A stretch of DNA of 64,000 nucleotides from Eledone cirrhosa (lineage: Eukaryota). The DNA lies in NCBI GenBank assembly GCA_964016885.1, contig OZ024740.1, forward strand, positions 178,870,001-178,934,000, read 5' to 3'. Positions 39,621 through 54,296 of the stretch are shown here, one piece after another. How positions within the stretch are numbered: the first letter of the stretch is position 1; each line of letters starts with the position of its first letter. Position numbers and translations under genes: made by a program. Under the pieces are notes generated by a model, which had not been told where the DNA came from, ran no database searches, and was given only the letters and a program-made list of their open reading frames with translations.

Positions 39621-39798
39621 AATATGGTTTTATAAATATAGTTTCCATTTGTTAATATCGTATATCTACTCCAAATACTTGTCGAGTGCTTTATATCAGT
39701 TATAAAATTATTTGCTTTTTGTATCCCAACAATTTAAATAGAACTTTTGCATATACTCTGCTCCTGTATTGTTGAGCGCTTTACATTATAACTGGAAA

Positions 39799-42020
39799 AT
39801 GGAATTCTTTAAGATCTCTTCTTCTCTAAAAGACATAACTCTACCTAGGAATAAAGATTTTATTAAACAATTAATAGAAAAATCAGACTCTTTTATAAGA
39901 AGAATCAGGTGGCGTGCTTTCCACTTCGATAAATCTAATCTAAATGAAAATGTTACAAATCTGGATAAAATCTTCAAATCTAAAAAAAATCCACCCCCCA
40001 ACAAACTACTAAGGGATTTTGAAAATGATATCATATCTATCATCCAAAGCATCAAATTCAAAAACAACTTCAAAGGCCAAGATTACTTAAGAGATATTAA
40101 GGATAATATTGAAAACTTGGAGAAAACGGAGAAAATTCTAGTCAAGTCGGACAAAACTAATAATCTTTACGGAATACAAAAGGACATTTATAACGACCTT
40201 ATATTGAAGGAACTAAGAAAGAAATACAAAGTAGCAAATAAGGACGAACTTGAAAAACTGAATACAGATGCCTCTTGTATAATGCATGAACTAGACATTG
40301 AAAATAAAACACCACCCTTCATGCCAAGGAAACCTAAGATTAATATGAAGGATCATAAAAGAAACTTTGAAAATGATTTAACAGTCAGATTAATTGCACC
40401 ATCTAAATCTGACCTGGGCAGACTTAGCAAAAATATTCTAGACAGAATAATACAACAAATTAAGAATTTACCTAATTTATCTTACTTAAAATTATGGAAA
40501 GGGACTAGTGAGGTTATCGATTGGTTTAAAGAAATTAAATATAACTATAATAATAAGTTTATTCAGTTGGACATTGCTAACTACTACTCATCTATCACTC
40601 CTAATCTACTGAATAAGGCACTAACTTACGCATTTAAACATACAGACCTAACTAGCAATGAAATGCACATTATATTATCGGCACGGAAAACATTAATAGA
40701 ATTTAATAACCAACTCTGGACTAGGGCAGATAGAAATAATAATTTCGACATAACTATGGGATCTTCAGACTCAGCTCAGGTAACAGACCTTGTGGGCCTA
40801 TTTATAATTAATTCTCTACATAGAAAAATACCAGGTGCAACCGGAGGCTTATATCGTGACGACATGCTTTTACTTATTGAAAATAATAGCTGTGAACTAA
40901 ATAGAAAAAGAAAACAAATTATACAATTTTTTTAATTACCTTAATCTAAAAGTAGAAATAGAGAATAACCATAAAATAGTCAATTTTTTAGATGTAACAC
41001 TAAATCTCAACACATGTCTTCATTATCCATTTCACAAACTAAATGAGAACTTAAATTATGTCAATGTTAACTCTAATCACCCCCAGATCAGTTAAAAATA
41101 CTATAGTGAACTCTGTTCAAGAACGAATTTCAAGAATTTCATCTAATAAGAATATATCTGATGAAAAAGCGCATTATTACAACGAAGCGTTAGGTAGAGC
41201 TGGGTATAGAAATAAAATTAAATGCATCGATAATAATAATAATATACAAACTAACCAAAATAATAACAACTTTAATTATGGTAACAATTTTAACAACTAT
41301 AATAGAAAACATTACAATAATTCCGAAAGCCGAAAAAGAAATAGAACTAGGAATATATTATGGTTCGCTCCTCCTTTCTCACTAAATATTAAAACCCCTA
41401 TTGCTAAACTATTCTTTAAAGCTCTTGACAAACGCTTCCCTAGAACACATAGATATTACTCAATTTTTAATAGACATACTATAAAATTAACTTACTCTTC
41501 CACCAAAAATTTAGCGCAAAATATTAATAGAATTAATAATAAAAATTTAAAACCTAACCAAAATACCAATAATAACCCAAGCAATATTCAATCGAATAAT
41601 TGTAACTGTAGAAATAAATCCAACTGTCCGTTAAATAACAACTGCTTAGCTAAAAATGTAGTTTATAATTGTAATGTTAAAACTAATTAAAATTATGTCG
41701 GTTTTACCTCCACAGAGTTTAAATCCCGCTTCAATAATCATAAAAATTCTTTTACAGATCCAAACAAAAAATCTTCAACTTCGCTATCTAGCCTATTATG
41801 GGACCTAAAACGAGATAATGTTGAATATTCGCTGATTTGGAATATTATTTCAAAAGTTACTCCTTTTAGTTCCTCTTCAGAAAATTGCGATCTTTGTATG
41901 GAGGAAATATTCTTTATATTAAAGACCAAAAATTCCCTTAATTTAAGGAATAATTTATTCAGTTGCTGCAGACATAGATTGAACTCAACGTTTAAATATA
42001 AATATAAATTTAAAATGTAG
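39799..42020 (+). pseudogene. PLE RT + GIY-YIG polyprotein, frameshifts near 40930 and 41080, stop at 41688
   Basis: KSDKT, KDHK, RLIAPSKS, LDIANYYSSI, TMGS, GLYRDD; NCNCR..CPL..CL..NVVY..*NYVGFT..FKSRFNNH..CDLC. Confidence 0.92.
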
Positions 42021-42169
42021 TATAATTAATTTAGTAATTTTGTTAATATATGAAACCTGTCGATAAATCATTAGATTCCTTCACCTTTTTCATTTTCTTT
42101 GGTTAAGTACTCAAGTATAAATAAATTTTCTTCCTACATATAAATATAAATATAATAAACTATTCTAGA

Positions 42170-42549
42170 AAAGTTTATCCTTTCAATATCTTGAGAAAAA
42201 TATACGTAAGATAAATTTCTATATTAAATATATTAAACATATTATTTTAACTTAAAATATTCTATAATATTTTTAAATATTTTAATATTTTGATATCTGT
42301 AGAATTCGTGTTTTTTAAAGTTATATTGATATAATATTTTATTTATTTTTATTAGGTTTGTTTTTATTCTGATAGCTTCTCATAATTTTCAAAAGTTTAT
42401 CCTTTCAATATCTTGATTAAAATATACGTAAGATAAATTTCTATACTAAATCTATTAAACATATTATTTTAACTTAAAATATTCTATAATATTTTAAAAT
42501 ATTTTAATGTTTTGATATTTGTAGAATTCTTTTGTTTTTAAGTTATATT
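42170..42549. repeat. Tandem duplication (period ~222 bp) in the PLE 3' UTR
   Basis: aaagtttatcctttcaatatcttga... starts at both 42170 and 42392. Confidence 0.85.
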
Positions 42550-43779
42550 TATATAATTATATTTTCAAAATATAATCCTTTTGTATTTTATATACTCAAT
42601 TGTACTATGTAATATATTGATGTATACTTATCTCTATACGACTATGTATGTATATATGTGTATTAACATACATATACATGTGTTATATGCTTTTTTTGAG
42701 TATATGTCTGTCTGTATATATGTATGAGTGACGCGTGTCTACCAATTGGGTGATGATACACACACATATTTATATATGTATATGTAAGAATTGTGTGTGT
42801 ACATGTACATGGTTACCCATGCAGTTTTGATTGCAGATATGCATAATTTAACAGACATAAATGCATGAAAGTTAATCCTATATATTTATATATATATACT
42901 AAAAGATTTTATTTAATAACACAAGGAATGTATAGCAGTAATAAAAAAATCACTTATGCTTTGTATGTATATATTATATGCGGGAGTGGATATAATGTGT
43001 ATTTTCTGAGTGTGTGTGTATATATATATTTATGTATCTTTGCCTATATTTACGTGCTATATGATAGGTAATTTCTCTAGCAATATATATATTTCGTAAT
43101 GTTTAAATTCCAATTTTTAATATATTGATCTCAATTTTTAAACTAAATATCTAATCATAATTAAACAATGATTAATTTCTCATATTATATATGTATATTC
43201 CATTCATGAATATTAATATTTCTAATTTTATTTATTCATTTCATCTCAATTGTTAACTCAACTTATTATGACATGACTTAAGGTTTTCGTTCTCTCCCCC
43301 TCTCTCTATCTCTATATTTCTATCTCTTGATTTTTTTCTCTCTGTCTGGTGGTTTGATATCTCTCTGTTGTTTTCCTCTGTTTTCTTTTTTCTTTTTTCT
43401 TTCTTCTTTTTCTTTATTTATCTCTCCCTTTCTTTTCTCCACGTTTCTCTGTCTCTCCGTCTTTTTACTTCTCCTTAACACAACGACTTACTAAAATAAA
43501 CAAACCACTATCCTGAAGTCTTCCAAAAGTAACGGTTGCATTTTGAAAGGGTACGTCAATGTTTATTTATAAAACTGGTATATATTGTATTTTGTCTGAT
43601 GAAAGCATACCATAATTTAACTTGGTATCCTTGAAATATGTATAATGAAATAAATATGGTTTTATAAATATAGTTTCCATTTGTTAATATCGTATATCTA
43701 CTCTAAATACTTGTTGAGTGCTTTATATCAGTTATAAAATTATTTGCTTGTTGTATCCCAACAATTTAAATAGAACTTT

Positions 43780-43992
<213 letters not shown>

Positions 43993-43995
<3 letters not shown>

Positions 43996-44325
43996 TAAAA
44001 GGTAAACAGAAATAACAACCCAATCGGTACAGTATATGGAAGGAATATATTATGTTAACGCTTGAAATTGCAGAAAGAGGGTCTTAACATTTCGGACGGT
44101 AGTTCTTCATCAGAAGAAATAAGACAGATTGAGGGGACGGGCAGGCTGGAGTTGGAAAAAATGCCTTTAGATAAAAATAACAGGTCCATTCATGTTGATA
44201 TCTCTAGTTTGCTTGAAGCATTGTATATAATATATAACGTTGAAAGAGATAGAAGGCTAAACAAAGTAAAAGTTACCTGGTAATCTTTGTTTTGTTTTGT
44301 TGTTGTTGTTCTTCTTCTTCTTATG

Positions 44326-44389
<64 letters not shown>

Positions 44390-44676
44390 TTATTTATTTG
44401 TTTACTCACCCAATCATTTATATCCTTTTATCACAAATAAATTTTATGTAATCGCAGATGTTTGGATGGGGAGTAACAAAAAGGATCACAATTAAACGAT
44501 ATTTTTAACTTCTAACAAATAAAACATAGTCAATCGTTGTATCACAAAATGTATTACTTTGAAACATTGAGGTTGTGGTTGAAGTTTCCAGTAATGTTCA
44601 AAGATATTTTTCAAAAATAAAGACAATAAAAAAAAACCTGTGACTGTACCGATTGTGTTGTTATTTCTGTTTATCT

Positions 44677-44682
<6 letters not shown>
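43993..44682 (-). mobile_element. pLTR-like remnant with ~40-bp terminal inversion and a small hammerhead (44082-44117)
   Basis: tgtaaaaggtaaacagaaataacaacccaatcggtacagt is inverted at 44644-44682; minus strand reads tctt CTGATGA agaac-tacc-gtcc GAAA tg TT aaga. Confidence 0.65.
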
Positions 44683-44736
<54 letters not shown>

Positions 44737-46591
44737 AAGAATGAATAATAACAGGTAGACATCATAAAAAAGGTAATTTATTCCGTGTGCTTACAAATGT
44801 TTCCACTGTGGTAGTACAGCCTAGTTATGCTATGTGCAAATTATCAACTATTTGCAGAACTCAAATATCAAATGCTGTGACCACTGTATCATCAGAGCAG
44901 AATGGTTAAAATGTACAATGTAAATACCCTTAAGTGAGGTTATTGGAGAAGATAGAGTAGAAAAGGAAGAGAGAAAAGTAGGGGAGAGGGAGAAAGAGAG
45001 AAAGATATGCAGGGGTTGGAGAAATAGGATAGAGTGGTTTGTAGATATCTTAATCAAAATGTTGTAGGAGTTTTATTATACTGGTAACTTTTAGAGAGAT
45101 GCGTTGATAGTCAAGGTTGGAATTATTTATTGCCCCAGGGGGCAGGTTCATAGATGTGGAGAGGGAGGGAGGTAGGTCAAAGGCGAGAGAGAGAGAGAGT
45201 GGAATGGATATAGAGGGAGAGATAGAGAGAGGACAGACGAGGTCTATGGGGTGGCTGAACTTTGGGTTCGTAGTAGTAATCCGCGAATTGCACTGAGTTA
45301 CCATTTATAGTGATAAGCAGGGTAGTGTGGGAGAAGAGAAGGTGGTTTGCTAGAAAGCGATGTTATAGTTACGGGTTCGAATGTTAAGTTATTTTATAGT
45401 GAGAGAATTTAGCTTTTAGTTTGTGGTTGCAGTATAATGATCGTTCGATTCTATCGTTAAGTAGTTTATTTTTGGATTTTAATATGTAAAAGAGTTCAAG
45501 GTTACATAGCCTACAGTACTTCAATCCACTCCGATATGCACTTGCGCTGGAAAGTATATCCCATTTTAAGGTGAACTGTTGGTTGCGTTCACGGAGTTGC
45601 CATGTCTTGTTGGCGAGCGTGGTCACAAAACGGTGAACAAGATGTTTGATTGAGAATCGATGACGGTACCGGCGAGATTTAAACGAGGTGGTGGTAGATC
45701 CGATGTAATACCATTTCTGGTCGTTCGATTCAACCATGCATTGGTAAACAATGTTGGACTTTATGCATTCATTCTTCAATGGACATCTTTCAGGTAGATG
45801 GCAGTTACATTTTTTGTTGTGGGTAGCGGGTATACCATGGATAGGTTGTGATAGCAGTACAGGTGGGTTGTGTAATACCCGTCTCCCATTTAGTGGTTGG
45901 GAGGCAGATATTACGTTCTGCCCATGTGTTACCAAACTATTTTGTTTTGTAGTGTTGTTTAATTGCTTTAAGTTAAGTTTTTTTTATGTATGCTTCAAGG
46001 TTTGGTGCCGTGGAGTATGATAGTCTAATAGTTTTAGAGTTCAGAATTTTACTGTATTTATGGGAACTAGGGAAATGCTTGTTGATTAACTTAAAGAATG
46101 AAAGAGATAGTTTTGTACTAATCGAAGCATTAAAAATGGGATTATACCAGATATACTTTCTACAACGTGATTTATTTGGTGATGATTTTCTATTATTAGT
46201 ATGTCTGGTGGTACTGTATGTGTGCGCTTATATTTTAGTCCCCCGGTTACGTATTCCTTGATTTCGTGTAGAGCTATGTGTGTTATGGAGATTCTTATCA
46301 ATGTATTCTATTGTATCCCGGTGGTCGGCATTCCTTAATGCATCATTATAGTATTCAGCGAGTTCACTAAAAATTTCAGAGTCAGACGATAGGCGAGAGA
46401 TTCTAAGAGAAATACTACGGGGAACCGATTTGATCATGGAGAGTGGGTGGTTTGAGTTAAAGTTGATATACGTAAGGTTCTCATTTATCTTGTGGAAGGG
46501 TCGTATCAGTCTGGTATTTAAATTAAGAGTTACGTCCAGAAAATTTACTACTTTAAGATTGTATTCGTATGTTATTTTTAGACCCAGTTCA

Positions 46592-46595
<4 letters not shown>
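44737..46595 (-). mobile_element. 5'-truncated PLE (RT C-terminus, GIY-YIG, 3' pLTR) flanked by (TA)n
   Basis: VVNFLDVTLNL..PFHK..YINFNSNHP; CNC..CPLKNEC..NIVYQC..YYIGST..FKSR..CRLCNLE. Confidence 0.9.
44788..44899 (-). ncRNA. Hammerhead ribozyme with extended stem II
   Basis: Minus strand: TGCT CTGATGA tacagtggt...accacagtg GAAA CATTT GTA AGCA. Confidence 0.75.
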
Positions 46596-46650
<55 letters not shown>

Positions 46651-47042
46651 GCATATATTGGCGCTCTCGTTTCGTTCAGTTTTACCTTCCATTACAGTTG
46701 ACACACTTTGGTTTGTAGCATTTTCTGTCCCTTTTAAAATGTTTTTCTTATTTCGTCTTTATTTGTCTAATTCACCTAAAGGTATAACTTATCCTGTCTT
46801 TGTTCCTTATGTTTTATTGCGACTCGAAGGACATAGGAATAAACTATCAAATTTGAAAATTCGAAATTTAGTGATTCTCAAATGTTGACTGAGGAGATGG
46901 AACTGTCCGTATTTCCCTTATTTTTCGCCATATACACCCTCATCCGCCGCTCCTTCAAAAAAAATGTGTGTATGTCGTGTATATATGTGTTTGTGTGTAT
47001 ATATGTATACATTAGATATTTTTGCACTATAACGGTTTCTTA

Positions 47043-47246
47043 TATAGGTACAAGGCCATCAATTTTTGAGGGACAGTCATTTAAATCTACACCAGTGCAT
47101 GACTGGTACATTTATTTTATCGACCCCGTAAGGATGAAAGGTAAAGTGAACCTCGGCAGGATTTGAACTCAGATCATAAGGGGCAGTAACTCTATGCTGC
47201 AAAACATGGTGCTGACCATCTACCGATACTGCCAATCCACCGCCCT
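47043..47246 (-). mobile_element. tRNA-derived SINE (family of 38634)
   Basis: Reverse complement of the family motifs: atcgaccccgtaaggatgaaagg, ggatttgaactc, ccgatactgccaatccacc. Confidence 0.8.
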
Positions 47247-47263
47247 CATATGTTTACAATATA

Positions 47264-47500
<237 letters not shown>

Positions 47501-47648
47501 AACATACGTACATGTATACACATAAATATTTACACATATACATACATACGCACGTACATATACATACACATACACACCTTCTGTTTACCTCTTACATACA
47601 TATATATGTATATATATATATATATATACATATATATGTATATATATA

Positions 47649-47713
<65 letters not shown>

Positions 47714-47754
47714 TAAAGTTAGTCCACATTTATATATATATATGTGAGAAAAAT

Positions 47755-47949
47755 GACAGACCCTCCATCTCAACTCTACTTTTGAAAAGCAGAAGAACTG
47801 TGAAGCCGGTAAAGGAACCAGATAAATATATATATATTTTTTTAAATAAGACTCCAGTTGCATTTTCGATTTCATCTTTTTTTCTTTATACTTTCACTCG
47901 TGTATGACACCTCGGTTATTTTTCATTTTGTAAAAAAAACCTCACTTTC

Positions 47950-47950
<1 letters not shown>
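47755..47950 (+). mobile_element. Family B mini-element, un-inverted pLTR form
   Basis: Matches 2368-2430 (reverse complement) and 2435-2573 (direct). Confidence 0.8.
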
Positions 47951-48030
<80 letters not shown>

Positions 48031-48072
48031 GTCTTCAAATTTATTATCATTACTATATATATATATATATAT

Positions 48073-48577
<505 letters not shown>

Positions 48578-49437
48578 TATATCGTTATCTACATATCTTT
48601 CTAGTATATTTTATAGGTAATTTTAGACGAAAGTTACAAAAACGGTTTCACTAATAATTTCCTTTCCATTAATATTGCACATTTAAATATTACTTGGTTG
48701 TACTTAATTCAATTCCTTTTAGAGATAATGTAACAATATATATATACATACCTATTTTAAAACGAAATGTATTTATTATTATTTTTTTACAAACTTTAAT
48801 ATACATAATTTTCAGGCTTGCTTTATCAATATGTAAGGAATAAATTTGGATAAAAATAAAACAAATATCTATTTATAGATAAGTGAAACAAAATAAAACC
48901 TAAAAACTCATCAGATTTTCAAAAGAAAAATAATAACAAAACAAGCAATTCGTCTTTCAATTTGTGATTTGCGATATTCCTAAATCTTATGAAATAAATG
49001 CTGACTAAACAGTATTTTTTGAAAATCATTTCAAAGTAATGTTGCAATTAAGTAAATAATATATTCTAAAGATGAGATTGTTCGAAGACTGTATTTGTTT
49101 TCATATATTAAATGTAAAATTCTAATGTAAATGTGGGCTGTACATAGAGAACAAGATTCAACTCGTTTCATTCAAAGCTACTTATTTTTTTATTACTAAT
49201 GGTATTTACTGTTTTTCATTATGTCATATTATACATACACTTATTTCTTCTTCTGTTTTTGTTTGAATTTAATGTATAGTTAATGCTAAATTGTTTGTTA
49301 AACATAGTTATTCTTATTTTTATTATCCCGAATGTTGTCTTAATATTTTATTAATTTGTTTTCCTAAGGACAAGCTATTGGGAAAATTTGTAAAGCAACT
49401 GAACTATTACCGTTAAGCAAACACACACACACACACA

Positions 49438-49530
<93 letters not shown>

Positions 49531-49694
49531 GCGCGCATATACACATACACATTTACAGATACACACACAAACACGCCCGTGTACACACATAATCTCTCAA
49601 TCAACCAATTACAGAAAATATATAATAATTCTAATCCTTATAACTGCCATTATTTTCTTGCTTTATTGTACATTTTGGTACACGAGAAACTGTT

Positions 49695-49885
49695 GGCGGC
49701 AGGGGGATTGGCAGTATCAGTAGAAGGTCGGACGCCATGCTTTCCAGCATAGTTACGTCCCTTTACGGTCTGAGTTCAAATCCCGCCAAGGTTAACTTTG
49801 CCTTTCATCCTTACGGGGTAGATAAAATAAAGTACCAGTAATGCACTGGATAATTGCTGGCCTTGTGCCAAAAGTAGAAACAATT
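49695..49885 (+). mobile_element. tRNA-derived SINE (family of 38634)
   Basis: Same A/B boxes, central domain and tail. Confidence 0.85.
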
Positions 49886-51523
49886 AATTTTATCACGCGT
49901 GTATGGTTGATTCCTTTAGTCTTTCTACTGATTCTTCAGATCTATTGATATTAAGATACTAAAAATACACAAACAGTTAGATAGTGCTTATTTAAACACA
50001 ACTGTTTGCTCTACCTTTATTTTGTGGGTGGGGAAGTTGTTAAAATGGCAAATATATTTGAATCTAAGAAGGTGAAATATATATTTATATATTAAAGCTT
50101 TACGAAAATATAGAGCTGTCGAGTTTGGCAGCAGAACGTCCGGTTTGATAAAACTATGTATTGGTATATATAATATATGACCCTTTGTCATGGAACCTTA
50201 TATATCCTGGATAAATAACTTTGTTAGTTGAAAAACGAATTACTTCACACTTTTCTTAAGTTATTTAGGAATATAATAAAATGTAATACAAAATTATTTA
50301 AATATATTGGTCACATATGTAAAAAAACAAAAATTGTTTTATATGATTTCTCCATTCGTCAAGTCTTGATTGAGCTCATATTACGTATTCCAGTTAAGAA
50401 ATAATGTTGATTATAATACAAATTTATATAAAAAATACAATCAAATAATGATCTTGTATGTAGAGAAGACATGCTTCATTTGTCTTTCGTTACATTTTGG
50501 GATAACTTTGGTTCAAAAATTTATTCTATTATGGAATGAAACACGAGAAATAATTATTGACCTAAACTTGATTTGTGCAAGCTGATTTGGAAGCAGCAGT
50601 GAAAGAAAACTTAAATAACGATATCTAATGGAAAAAAAAAATTAGTGAATGTGGTATAGTTTCTTGATTCTCTCGAAAGTTTTTATCATTCTTTGGACTC
50701 CATATTAATTACAATTAATTCTAACATGGCATAAGTATAAAAAGAAATACGTAAGTTATTGTTACATATTCAATACAGTAAATATTAAAACATCTAATAA
50801 ATAATAATTAAGTGTCGAAGAAAAGGTGATATTATATCAATGATTGATATTAATTTAATCATTTTGGCAAATCCGGAAAACAACTCTGTCTTATTGAATC
50901 TATTCAGCGAAGCATAGAGTTAACTTTCTTTACAGAAATAGTTGTGAGAAAATTATTGAGTAGATATTTAATACTGTACATGATTAGGCGTGAAAAATCA
51001 GTATATCTACAACAATAAGACATCGAGATTTATTTATTCAGAGATATGAAAATCAATGGTGATGTTGTTCTTAACATATAAATACAAGTGAAGTACTGGA
51101 TATATTTAAGAAAAATAAATCATTATCATTAATATTATTCGAAACTTCCTTTGAATTCTGCTTCTTTCCTATATCTGGCTGAATGTCAAACTGACACCTG
51201 ACACAAAATTTGTTAATACAGACAATGGATTTTACAATCCATTGACATACAAATGTTGCCATAAGGGCTTAAACTACAGTAATTTTCTGTGCAATATATT
51301 TAAATTGATACTGCCCTACTCAGGACATGGGCAGTACAAGACAGCACTATTTTCTGTATCTCTTTCACAGACGGCTTTCCATCTGGTCCAAATATTTTTC
51401 AGTTCCCTCATTTCACCCTTCCAAGTGCACCGACTATCATTGGTATTGTACAAGCTTTAGGATACCACAATTTTAGTTTTTAGAACTCTTTCGATAGGTT
51501 ACGATATGATGGAATGCTCATAC

Positions 51524-54194
51524 TTATTATTATTATTTCTATTATCATTTTTATTGCGCCTCATTACTACTTTATCGAGCACAGCTCTGTTCAGCTTCGG
51601 TATGAGCAGTGTAGTTTTTGCTGATGTCGTTTCTATTGTATTGATAGTACTTTTTGTAATGTGTGTGCAGTGCCTAGTAGTGCTATATTTTGTATGCTGT
51701 ATATATTTGCAAGTCCTGTAGTTTGGGCTATGTATTTGTCTGTGTGTAATTTATAATTTCTATTATTATAGGTATTGTTTCCGTTTTCATTTTCCACATT
51801 CCACTTAATTCTATCTCTAGATCTTTATATTTGGAGATTTTCTCTATTTCCTTGGAAGATATATTGTCATCTGTGGGGATAGATACATATATTATATGGC
51901 ATTATTTTTCTGGTCGCATGGTGGTGGATTGGCAGTATCGGTAGGGGGTCGGACGCCATGCTTTCCAGCATAGTTACGTCCCTTAACGATCTGAGTTCAA
52001 ATCCCGCCGAGGTTGACTTTGCCTTTCATCCTTACGGGGTCGATAAAATAAAGTACCAGTAATGCACTGGGTAATTGCTGGCCTTGTGCCAAAAGTAGAA
52101 ACAATTATTTTTCTTTGTGGTCTTTGACTATAGTATCTGGTCGGTTGGCCTTCATCTCTCTGTCTATATGCAGTGGCATATCCCAGAGAATGGTTGGTTT
52201 CTCATTGTCTGACTCTTTTTCTGGTGAGTATTTGTACCATCTTTTTTTCTATTTGTATTTCATAATGCTGGCATAACCTCCAGTGTATGAAACTCCAAAC
52301 TCTATCATGCCTATGGATATATTACTTTTTGGCTAGGACTGGGCATCCAGAGACTATGTGATTTATTATTTTTACGTATCTCCAGATATTCTACAGTTAC
52401 TTATTGTGCTTTGTTTCATTATATACTTTTGGCATTTTCTGGTAGTTAGACTCTGGTACTGCGTTGTAATTAGAAATCCTTGCGTCTCAGCTTTTAGTCC
52501 TGTGCTCCGAAGCCAGTTTTATGTGTTTTTCTTTGTGTACTTGCTTTCTATTTAGCTTTTCGTGGTATTGACCACGTAAGGAGTTCTCTTGCCATCTTTT
52601 AACATGGCAATCTGGATGTCAGTTTTCAATTCTTTGTTTTCATTTTCCTCACAATTATCTGTTAGTCCAGTTTCTACTTTGAAGTTTTGGGCTTCCTTGA
52701 AAACCGAGAACAGTTTTTTGTTTTGTTTCGTGGCTACTTGTATTAGCTTTCCTTTGTTTTATTAGGTGCTTTTGTAGTCCTACAGTAGTTATTTGAAAAG
52801 AGTTTTCTAGTTGCGTAAGGCACCTTCCCCTTGTGTTTTAGTAAGTATAGTCTTTCTACGTCTGAATTTCTAAATGCTGTCATTATTTTTCTTATTTTTC
52901 TATATATTCCAGCTAGTTCTTTTAGTGTCCAGGTCAAAATGTCAAAGCTTTAGATCATTACTGGGACTGCTAAAGTGTTGATGACAATCACCTTACTCTT
53001 TGCATTTAGTTCAGTTTTTAGTATTAACCTAATTCTTCAGTTGTATTCTTTTCTAATCTTTTCTTTCATCCGTGTGTATTGAATCTTATCTAGTTCGTTG
53101 ATTCCTAAGCATTTGTATGTCTTATTTTGATCTAGTTCTCTTATTTCTGTTTCTTTATCTAACATGATATTATTACTTTTCAATAGTTTCCCTCAGAGTT
53201 GACTTGGCACATTTTTATAATCTAAATTTCATGCCACTTTCTTTTGTGAATCCGTGTACAGTTTTTCATTTATAGTATACGGCTTTAGATCATCCATATA
53301 TAGGAGATGGTTAATTTTACCATTGTAGCATATATGCACTAGCCGAGTTCTGTTTAGTCTTTCAGATAGGGTTGTTAATGCTAGGCAGAAAATCAGTGGT
53401 GATAAAGAGTCTCCTTGAAATATGCATCTGTTGATTCGGATAGTCTCTGTTTTTATTGTTTTATCTTTTGTTTGTATCAGCAGAATTGTTTGCCATTTAC
53501 TCATGGCATGTTTGATAAATGCTGTAATCTTTCCTGATACCTTATTCAAGGCTAGTGTGTTGAGTATTCATGTATGGGAACACTGTCTAACGCTTTTTGG
53601 TAATCAATCTAAGCCATGGTGAGGTTTTCATTTTTGCAGTTTTCAGTTATGGCTTTATTTATTAATAACTGGCCTTTGTATCCATATGAGACTCTGCGGC
53701 ATTCTTTCTGTTCTTCTGGGAGCAGGTTGTTCTTATCCAGATGTTTGTTTATTTGCTGTGATAGTATTGAAGTTAAGGTTTAGTATGTAGTAGGCAAGCA
53801 TGTTATGGGTCTGTAATCTTTGTAGTTTGCTGTGTCATTGATTTGGGGATCAGCGTCATTTTCCCCTTAGTGAGCCAGGCAGGTGTTCTTTCTGGTTCTA
53901 TCAGCATTTCATTAAATTCCATTGCAAGCATATCATGCAACCCTGTTAAATATTTTAACCAGAAGTCGGGCCCTTATCATTTCCTGGTGCCTTCCAGCTG
54001 CTTACTCCTCTCAGTGTGATTGACACAGCATCTGGTTTAATATCTTCCCATAGTTGTTTGTCTGCTGTGTTAGCAGTTCTTGCTAGAGTTGAGCATGGTG
54101 ATTTATTTTCCTCTTCTGTCTATATTATTTTCCAGAACTCGTCCACTTCTTTTACATTTGGGGATACGTTAACTTCCATTTTGTTTCTATTAAG
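51524..54194 (-). mobile_element. Old, 5'-truncated R4/Dong-like RLE retrotransposon
   Basis: IFQGDSLSPL, HLLYMDDLK, DVERLYL, ANRPD-type RLE, ALLGTAH; many stops and frameshifts; (TAA)n tail. Confidence 0.85.
51912..52103 (+). mobile_element. tRNA-derived SINE inserted in the R4-like element, 11-bp TSD
   Basis: attatttttct at 51901-51911 and 52104-52114. Confidence 0.88.
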
Positions 54195-54211
54195 TTCTTC
54201 TTCTTCTTCTT

Positions 54212-54242
<31 letters not shown>

Positions 54243-54244
54243 TG

Positions 54245-54282
<38 letters not shown>

Positions 54283-54296
54283 CACCGTTATTACTC

